A stretch of DNA of 13,490 nt from Candidatus Saccharimonadales bacterium. GTDB taxonomy: Bacteria > Eisenbacteria > RBG-16-71-46 > JACRLI01. Below the pieces are notes generated by a model that saw only the letters and a list, made by a program, of their open reading frames with translations, ran no database searches and was not told the DNA's origin. How positions within the stretch are numbered: the first letter of the stretch is position 1; each line of letters starts with the position of its first letter. This document shows, piece by piece, positions 7,739 through 13,490 of the stretch. The DNA is taken from the NCBI GenBank assembly GCA_035542815.1, contig DATKKS010000134.1, positions 1-13,490 on the forward strand, written 5' to 3'. A program made the translations under genes and the position numbers.

Positions 7739-8329
7739 ATGAGCGTTCCGCTGGTCTTCGTGTGGCCCTACGGCCTTTTCTACTGGGCGGTGCACGCCCT
7801 GGCCTTCGTCCCGGAGTCGCTGCGCTTCTCGCGCCTCGAGCGCGCCGCGCCCCGGCCCATCCACGACCGCGGCTCGCTGCGGCTGCTGACCGCGCTGTGG
7901 GCCTACTGCGGCGCGGCCCTGGCGCTGGCGTTCGTGGCGCCCTGGGCCACCCTCCGCACCGGCCGCCTGGCGCAGTTCTGGACCGGCCTGGGACTCCTGG
8001 CGGTGGGGGCGCTGCTGCGGCGGCACTGTTTCCGGATGCTGGGCGGGCACTTCACCCCGGCGGTGAACGTGCGGCCGGGACAGCCGATCGTGGAGCGGGG
8101 CGCATACCGCTGGGTGCGGCACCCGTCCTACACCGGCGGGGCGATGATGTTCCTGGGGTTCGGGGCGGCGCTCACCAACTGGCTGAGCCTGGCGGTGGTG
8201 GCCGCGGGCGTGGCCGTGGCCTACACCGTGCGCATCCGGACCGAAGAGCAGGCGATGCTGGCGGTGCTCGGCGAGCCGTACCGGAGCTACATGCGGCGCA
8301 CCCGGCGGCTGGTGCCGTTGGTGTTCTAG
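7739..8329 (+). CDS. ICMT/PEMT-family membrane methyltransferase (isoprenylcysteine carboxyl methyltransferase-like).
   Basis: Motifs WVRHPSYTGG and ...IRTEEQAMLAVLGEPYRSYMRRT match RHPxY...EE...G..Y..Y of ICMT/PEMT-type SAM-dependent methyltransferases. There are 4-5 TM segments. A strong SD (GGAGGAG-ccg-ATG) sits at 7729-7741. Stop TAG at 8327-8329. Confidence 0.8.
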   Translation: MSVPLVFVWPYGLFYWAVHALAFVPESLRFSRLERAAPRPIHDRGSLRLLTALWAYCGAALALAFVAPWATLRTGRLAQFWTGLGLLAVGALLRRHCFRMLGGHFTPAVNVRPGQPIVERGAYRWVRHPSYTGGAMMFLGFGAALTNWLSLAVVAAGVAVAYTVRIRTEEQAMLAVLGEPYRSYMRRTRRLVPLVF

Positions 8330-10269
8330 CCCGCGGCCGGCGGGGAGCCGCTCCGCAGCCGGCCCATCAACTGCGCCACCAGGCCGTCCAGCCCGTTGCC
8401 GCCGTTCACCAGGATCTCGGGCATGAACCGCGCGCCCTTGTCGGCGAGCACCGTGGCCACGTTCACCAGGGTCGTGCCCGCGTCGCCGATGGCCTTGCGC
8501 TGGGCCTCGAAGCCCTCGGCCCGCGCCAGCCCCACCGCCCGCACCTCGGCTCCCTTGGCGGTCCCCACCTGCTGCAGGTAGGTCGCCTCGCCGTCCGCCT
8601 CCGCCTTGCGCGCCTGGGCGTTGTTGCGCTTCACCTCCACGTCCACCGCGGAGGCCGCCAGCTCGTGCTGGGCGTCGGCGGTGCCCCGGGACCGCTCGGT
8701 CTCGATGCGCATGTCCTGGGCCCGCTTCTCCATCTCGTAGGTCTTGACCTGCTGGGCGGCGATCTCGCGCTTGTTCAGCACCTCCACCAGGGGCTGCGGC
8801 AGCACCACGTCCTGGATGTACACGCCCTTGACCTCCACCTCGTAGCGCTGGAGGTGGGTGGTGATGTAGTCGGAGGCCTCGCTCTGCACCCGCTCGCGGC
8901 TCTCGATGAACTCCACCGCCAGCATGCCCTGCAGCGTGTTGCGGAAGTGGTTGCCCACCGCCGGCTGCAGCACCTCGTTCACCAGGTTGGCCATGGTCCC
9001 GACCATGGAGATCACCCGCGGCGCCTTGACGTCGGGCACGTGGATCTGGACCTGCAGGTCGATCGAGAAGTCGAACCCCTCGCGCGACTTCCCGTGGATC
9101 TGGCTCAGCTGCGCGTCCAGGTCGTGCGCCTGGGAGGTGGCGGAGGCCCAGTTCAGGGTCAGGATGTAGGTGGGCACGATCTGGGCGTCGTAGATGCGCG
9201 GGTTCAGCGCGTACTTCCCGGTGCGCAGCGGCTCCTGCCAGATGCCCCGGTGCCCGGCGCGGACCAGCGAGCCGAACTTGAAATCGGAGCCCGACTTGTC
9301 CTCGGTGGGCAGCCCGATGAAGGCCTTGATCACCGCCACCTGGCCCTGCTGCACCACCAGCATCGGCTTGATCTCCACCGAGACCAGGTAGGGGTTGAGG
9401 TTGTAGGCGCCGTACACCAGGGGGTCGTGCTGCAGGCCGATCCGGCCGCCCTGGTCCAGGAACACCTGGAAGTCCTGGAACGAGTTGTGGCCCACGTTCT
9501 TGGAGTTGAGGATGGCCTCGATCAGCTGCAGCTCGTCCCCGCCGCGGGCCTCCAGCGCGGCGATGTCCTCGAAGCCCCCGATGCGGCTGGCCATCTCGCC
9601 CTGCGCGGTGGGCAGCCCCTCGAAGGTGGTCACCACCCCGATCACGTCCCACACCCGGCCGTCCGGCAGGGTGGTGGGCGCGATCCGCACCACGCTCAGC
9701 TGGGCCGGGTTGAGCCCGAACGCCTCCGGGCTCAGCCGCCCGTGCTTGTCAGCCTTGTCCTTGAGGTCCGGGGAGACCGGGATCCCGTACACCGCCTGCC
9801 GGGTGATGACCAGGAAGGCCACCGGGTGGACGGCCGCCAGGGTCCCCGGCGGCAGCACCGGGCGCTGCACGCCCTTCTGCCCGCCGGCCGCCACGAACGC
9901 GCGCGCGTCCGAGAAGCTCCCGAACTCCGGCCGGTACACCGCGGACTTGGCCCCGATCGGCAGCGGCCCACCCACCTGCGCGATCACCACGCCGATCTCG
10001 CCGGCCGGCACCTGCACCAGGGGCCGGTTCTCCACCCCGAACAGCGGCCACAGCTTCCAGCGCAGCCCGGGCATGAGCAGGTCGGCCTGGTAGCCGGCCT
10101 CGCCGTGGAACGCCACCGGGCTGTCCTCCGAGAGCTTGCGCAGCGACCACCGCTTGATCACCAGCCCCACCTCGGTGGGGCCGACGCGGCGGATGGACGA
10201 CAGGACCACCACCACCAGGACGAACAGGATCAGCAGCGTGGGGATCGCGCCCGCCAGGAACTGGAACAC
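8326..10269 (-). CDS. Flotillin / SPFH (band-7) domain protein, FloT/YqiK-like, 647 aa.
   Basis: An N-terminal TM (AIPTLLILFVLVVVVL) is followed by GPTEVGLVIKRW and a long SPFH domain, with a C-terminal EA-rich coiled-coil region. The start is GTG at 10267-10269, with a perfect SD (GGGAGGAAG-tc-GTG) on the - strand. The stop overlaps the ICMT gene end by 4 bp (CTAG). Confidence 0.88.
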   Translation of the reverse strand: MFQFLAGAIPTLLILFVLVVVVLSSIRRVGPTEVGLVIKRWSLRKLSEDSPVAFHGEAGYQADLLMPGLRWKLWPLFGVENRPLVQVPAGEIGVVIAQVGGPLPIGAKSAVYRPEFGSFSDARAFVAAGGQKGVQRPVLPPGTLAAVHPVAFLVITRQAVYGIPVSPDLKDKADKHGRLSPEAFGLNPAQLSVVRIAPTTLPDGRVWDVIGVVTTFEGLPTAQGEMASRIGGFEDIAALEARGGDELQLIEAILNSKNVGHNSFQDFQVFLDQGGRIGLQHDPLVYGAYNLNPYLVSVEIKPMLVVQQGQVAVIKAFIGLPTEDKSGSDFKFGSLVRAGHRGIWQEPLRTGKYALNPRIYDAQIVPTYILTLNWASATSQAHDLDAQLSQIHGKSREGFDFSIDLQVQIHVPDVKAPRVISMVGTMANLVNEVLQPAVGNHFRNTLQGMLAVEFIESRERVQSEASDYITTHLQRYEVEVKGVYIQDVVLPQPLVEVLNKREIAAQQVKTYEMEKRAQDMRIETERSRGTADAQHELAASAVDVEVKRNNAQARKAEADGEATYLQQVGTAKGAEVRAVGLARAEGFEAQRKAIGDAGTTLVNVATVLADKGARFMPEILVNGGNGLDGLVAQLMGRLRSGSPPAAG

Positions 10270-10364
10270 GACTTCCTCCCATGTTCAGCCCGGCCCTTCC
10301 GCCGCCCGCTCCGCCCCCGGCGGCTGCCGCGGGGCGGAGGTCCGGGGACGGCCCGCGGGCCGGG

Positions 10365-10904
10365 TCACCAGGTGACGAGGTAGGTACAGCCCTCCGCTCC
10401 GTGCTGCCGGCACTCCCGGGTGTCGTCGTGCTTCACCACCGGGTTCACCCCCGCGGGGGCGAACTTGGCGGCGGTGCGCTCCACGATGCCCAGGTCGAAC
10501 GCGCAGGGGTAGGGGTTCTCGCACACCAGCCGCGCCGAGCGGGGGCCCGCCAGCTCGAACCGGTAGTGCCCGATCTCGCCTCCCCGGTGGTTCAGGTGAT
10601 ACGCGAGGTCAATGGACCCGAGCGCAGCCTCGATGGAGCTTACCTCGGGCGGCCACACCGCGGTTTCCGGGATCCGGCGGCCGATGCCGCGCAGCGTGGC
10701 CGGGCCGGTCTTCTCGGCGATCTCCCGGAAGGCGTCCAGCCAGGCCTGCTGCGAGTACCAGGAGCCGGGCTGCGGCGAGACGATGCCATGGCGGGCCAGG
10801 ATGCGCTGCCCGATCCCGCCCAGGTCCTCGAGTTCCTGCACCACGGCAAGCACCGCGGCCCCGTCCACCTGAACTCCCGGAGCGAAGGCCTGGAACTGAG
10901 CCAT
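10365..10904 (-). CDS. V4R-domain protein (4-vinyl reductase-like small-molecule-binding domain), 179 aa.
   Basis: The C-terminus VVKHDDTRECRQHGAEGCTYLVTW matches the V4R consensus ending ...vkveEtkCiakGdpyCeFei, and ENPYPCAFDLGIVERT matches the earlier V4R Cys region. ATG at 10902-10904 has an SD (AGGGGAGA-ctggac-ATG) on the - strand. The ORF-track N-terminal extension to 10937 is unlikely to be coding. Confidence 0.7.
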   Translation of the reverse strand: MAQFQAFAPGVQVDGAAVLAVVQELEDLGGIGQRILARHGIVSPQPGSWYSQQAWLDAFREIAEKTGPATLRGIGRRIPETAVWPPEVSSIEAALGSIDLAYHLNHRGGEIGHYRFELAGPRSARLVCENPYPCAFDLGIVERTAAKFAPAGVNPVVKHDDTRECRQHGAEGCTYLVTW

Positions 10905-11263
10905 GTCCAGTCTCCCCTGTGCACCGGCTTCCGGCACGGCGCGGGTGCGCGCCTTCTCAGGGCGGGGGCGCGCCCGGCGGTCTCCTCCAGGCGCCCCACA
11001 GCGGCCCTCATCTCGGGAAGGCGGGCGGCAGCTCGGGGTCCCCGGAGGATTCCCTGGCGCTCACGGCAGCGGTGGCGAGGAGCATGGCCGGGTGGAGCAC
11101 GCGGTCGCGGCCCGGGCCCCGGGGCTCCGCCCAGGGCGGGACGGCGGACGTCCGGGGACGCCCGCGCCGCGCTCGCCGGCAGTCTAGCACGAAACGCCGG
11201 CCGCGGTCGCCCGGCCGGCGCGCCCCGCCCGGTCCCCGGCTCGCGCGGGCCGCCGGGTTCCTC

Positions 11264-11269
11264 TAGACT
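11264..11269 (+). promoter_or_regulatory. Putative -10 element TAGACT (TANNNT class) 6 nt upstream of the MATE start codon, implying a leaderless transcript.
   Basis: tcTAGACTccgcgcATG: the hexamer-N6-ATG geometry is typical of leaderless genes in high-GC bacteria, and no SD is present. Confidence 0.3.
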
Positions 11270-11275
11270 CCGCGC

Positions 11276-12661
11276 ATGGCTTCGGATCCCGCCGCGGCGG
11301 CCCCGCCGCTGGATGTCCGGGCGGTGCTGCGGCTGTGGTGGCCGCTGGCCGCCAGCTGGCTGCTGATGGGCTGCGAACTGCCCGCGGTGAGCGCGGTGAT
11401 GGCGCGCCTGCCCCACGCCACCGTGAGCCTCGCGGCGTACGGCGGGGTGGTGTTCCCGCTGGCGCTGCTGCTGGAATCCCCCATCATCATGCTGCTGTCC
11501 GCGTCCACCGCCCTGTGCCGGGACTGGCAGTCCTACCGGGTGGTGCGCGGGTACATGCTGATCGCCGGCGGCGCCACCACCGCGCTGCACGCCCTGCTGG
11601 CCTTCACTCCGCTGTTCGACTGGGTGATCGGGGGAGTGCTCCGCCCGCCGGCCGAGGTCCTGGGCCCGGCGCGGATCGGGCTCCGGCTGATGCTCCCGTG
11701 GACGCTGTCCATCGCGTTCCGGCGCACCCAGCAGGGGGTGCTGATCCGGGCCGGGCGCTCCCACGCGGTGGGCATCGGGACCGCGGTGCGCCTGGGGGCC
11801 AACTGCCTGGTGCTGGGCGCGGGCTGGGTGGTGGGGCATGTGCCGGGGATCGTGGTGGGCACGCTGGCGGTGTCCGCCGGGGTGCTGAGCGAGGCGGCCT
11901 ACGCGGGGCTGGCGGTGCGCCCGGTGCTGCGCCGCCAGGTGCGCCTGGCGCCGCCCGCGCCGACGCCGCTCACCGCCGCCGCCTTCCTGCGCTTCTTCGC
12001 GCCGCTGGTGCTGACGCCGCTGATCCTGTTCCTGGCCGGCCCCGTCGCCACCGGGGGCATCAGCCGCATGCCGCTGGCGCTGCAGTCGCTGGCCGCCTGG
12101 CCGGTGGCCAACGGCCTGGTGTTCGTGCTGCGCAGCTCGGGCATCGCGCTCAACGAAGTGGTGGTGGCGCTGCTGGAGCGGCCCCGGGCGCTGCCGGTGC
12201 TGCGGCGGGTGTGCCTGGCGATGGCCGCGGCCACCACCGCAGTGCTGGCCGCGGTGGCGGCCACGCCCCTGGCCCACCTGTGGTTCGCCGGGGTCTCGGG
12301 GCTGGCGCCGGAGCTGGACGCCCTGGCGGGCGCCGGGCTGTGGTTCGCGCTGCTGCTGCCGGGGTTGAGCGCGCTGCAGAGCTACTACCAGGGGGCGCTG
12401 TTGCACGTGCACCGCACCCGGGCGATCACCGAGTCGGTGGTGGTCTACGTGGGGCTGTGCACCGCGGCGCTGGTGGCGGGCGTCGCGGCGCAGCGGCTGT
12501 GCGGCCTGTACGTGGCCGCCGCGGCGGTCACCCTGGGGACCGCCGGCCAGGTGGCCTGGCTGCGCGCGCGGGCGGCGGTCCACCTGCGGGACATCGCCCG
12601 GCGCGGCCCCCAGTTCGGCGCGCACGCCGACGCGCCGTGGCCGGCGGACGTGCCCGCCTGA
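11276..12661 (+). CDS. MOP-superfamily transporter, MATE-like (possibly a Wzx/MurJ-like flippase), about 12 TM, 461 aa.
   Basis: The N-terminus ...VRAVLRLWWPLAASWLLMGCELPAVSAVMARLPHATVSLAAYG matches the MATE TM1-2 pattern, and it is hydrophobic throughout. There is no SD. A TAGACT hexamer lies 6 nt upstream of the ATG, suggesting a leaderless mRNA. Confidence 0.65.
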   Translation: MASDPAAAAPPLDVRAVLRLWWPLAASWLLMGCELPAVSAVMARLPHATVSLAAYGGVVFPLALLLESPIIMLLSASTALCRDWQSYRVVRGYMLIAGGATTALHALLAFTPLFDWVIGGVLRPPAEVLGPARIGLRLMLPWTLSIAFRRTQQGVLIRAGRSHAVGIGTAVRLGANCLVLGAGWVVGHVPGIVVGTLAVSAGVLSEAAYAGLAVRPVLRRQVRLAPPAPTPLTAAAFLRFFAPLVLTPLILFLAGPVATGGISRMPLALQSLAAWPVANGLVFVLRSSGIALNEVVVALLERPRALPVLRRVCLAMAAATTAVLAAVAATPLAHLWFAGVSGLAPELDALAGAGLWFALLLPGLSALQSYYQGALLHVHRTRAITESVVVYVGLCTAALVAGVAAQRLCGLYVAAAAVTLGTAGQVAWLRARAAVHLRDIARRGPQFGAHADAPWPADVPA

Positions 12662-12686
12662 GGATCCCGCCGGCCGCCGGAGCGGT

Positions 12687-13490
12687 TCACGGCCCGCCCA
12701 GCTCCTCCAGGTGCCGGCGGGCGGTGGCGTCGCCGGGCACCTGCTCCAGCAGCCGCTCGTACCAGGTCCGGGCCACCTCGCCGCGCCCCAGCAGCAGGTT
12801 CACCAGCGCGTAGCTCCGGCACAGGTTGGGGTAGTCGCGCCCGGCCTCCAGCAGCGCCCGCCGGTGCTGCGCCAGGGCCGCCGGCAGCAGCCCGGCGGAA
12901 CTCAGGCACTTGCCGCAGCCCCAGGTCTCCCAGGGGTAGCGCTGCGGGGCCAGCAGGCGCTGCGCCAGGGTCAGCCCGCGCCGCGGCTGGAGCGGCGGGG
13001 CAGCCAGGCCCTCCCGGCCCAGGCGCAGCCAGCGCTCCGCCGCGCGGCGCGCCAGGGGCGCGGTGGCCGAGTCCACCCGGGCGAACAGCAGGCCCGCGCC
13101 GTCGGCCTCCAGCAGCGCCCAGCGCGGATCCCGGGCCAGGTGCTCGGCCAGCTCGGGCGCGCCGTAGTCCAGCACCGCCAACCGGAACCCCCAGCGGCGC
13201 TCGCCCGCGTCCCAACCGGCGGGGGAGAGCAGCTCCACGTACTCCTGGAAGAAGGCCTCGCCCACCACCTCGAGCTGGCCGTAGATGAACACCCGGCGCT
13301 CCGGGCCCAGCCGCTGCGCCAGGTAGCTGCCCGCCCCCAGGGTGTTGAACAGGGGGCCCCGCAGCCGGTGCTCCAGGACCCGATCCGCGCAGTGCACCGG
13401 GTAGGCCCCCTCGGACTCGCGGCTGCCGAAGCGTTCCAGCCGCTCGTCCGAGACGTAGTACGCGCCGCTCACCACCCGCTGCACCAGGTA
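12687..13490 (-). CDS. Hypothetical protein, 3' part, with a TPR-like C-terminal region. It possibly carries a third copy of the C-terminal domain seen in the glycosyltransferase paralogs. Partial; it continues past the window end.
   Basis: The frame stays open to the window edge (codons at 13485-13490 continue). GC3 is high. AYYVS...RRVFIYGQLE spacing resembles AYYSG...DVIYFGGE of the ORF at 1-608. The C-terminus (NLCRSYALVNLLLGRGEVARTWYERLLEQ) is helical-repeat/TPR-like. Stop TGA at 12687-12689. It converges on the MATE gene with a 25-bp gap. Confidence 0.55.
   Translation of the reverse strand, partial: YLVQRVVSGAYYVSDERLERFGSRESEGAYPVHCADRVLEHRLRGPLFNTLGAGSYLAQRLGPERRVFIYGQLEVVGEAFFQEYVELLSPAGWDAGERRWGFRLAVLDYGAPELAEHLARDPRWALLEADGAGLLFARVDSATAPLARRAAERWLRLGREGLAAPPLQPRRGLTLAQRLLAPQRYPWETWGCGKCLSSAGLLPAALAQHRRALLEAGRDYPNLCRSYALVNLLLGRGEVARTWYERLLEQVPGDATARRHLEELGGP

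Noticed and set aside
7714-10383. An 889-aa + strand ORF, plus a 661-aa - strand ORF at 7667-9652.
   Set aside because: They are antisense or out of frame relative to the flotillin gene, whose SPFH domain and SD are clear. Their translations are low-complexity R/G/H/P-rich.
11195-11220. A 9-bp GC inverted repeat CGCCGGCCG-N8-CGGCCGGCG between the V4R and MATE genes.
   Set aside because: It lies between divergent starts, so it is not a terminator. It is built from GCCGGC-type self-complementary motifs that are common by chance in such sequence. I kept it only as a low-priority note.
10640-12625. A 661-aa - strand ORF.
   Set aside because: It is antisense to the hydrophobic, motif-bearing MATE-like gene and has a junk-like composition.
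1-13490. tRNA or rRNA genes, CRISPR arrays, and IS or transposase signatures.
   Set aside because: There are no tRNA-like T-loop motifs (GGTTCGAATCC-type), no regularly spaced direct repeats, and no transposase- or integrase-like ORFs or terminal inverted repeats.

Overview
This is a very GC-rich bacterial chromosomal segment; my impression is above 70% GC, but I did not count. Coding is dense, and most of the long ORFs in the track are antisense or out-of-frame artefacts of the GC content. I can support 12 protein-coding features and no tRNA, rRNA, CRISPR array or obvious mobile element.

The protein-coding features, in order along the window:
- The 3' end of a membrane glycosyltransferase-like gene (+ strand) that ends in a Pro/Gly/Ala-rich tail.
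- An NCS2/AzgA-type purine (guanine/hypoxanthine) permease (- strand).
- A GT-C fold (GT39/ArnT/PMT-like) integral-membrane glycosyltransferase (- strand) whose C-terminal domain is cut off by a single in-frame TAG.
- A co-directional + strand run: an AmpG/PucC-like MFS transporter, a POT-family peptide transporter, a dimethylarginine dimethylaminohydrolase (DDAH)-like enzyme, and an ICMT/PEMT-family membrane methyltransferase.
- A - strand pair: a V4R-domain protein immediately upstream of a long flotillin (SPFH/band-7) gene.
- A MATE/MOP-superfamily transporter (+ strand).
- The 3' part of a TPR-like protein (- strand) running off the window end.

The most notable observations are:
- The amber-interrupted glycosyltransferase, with up to three paralogous C-terminal domains in the window.
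- The unusual V4R-flotillin pairing.
- A possible POT-DDAH-methyltransferase module.
- An AT-richer divergent promoter island with an 18-bp perfect palindrome.
- A likely leaderless start for the MATE gene.

I see no single self-evident novel system. All family assignments come from motif recognition by eye and need a database search to confirm.
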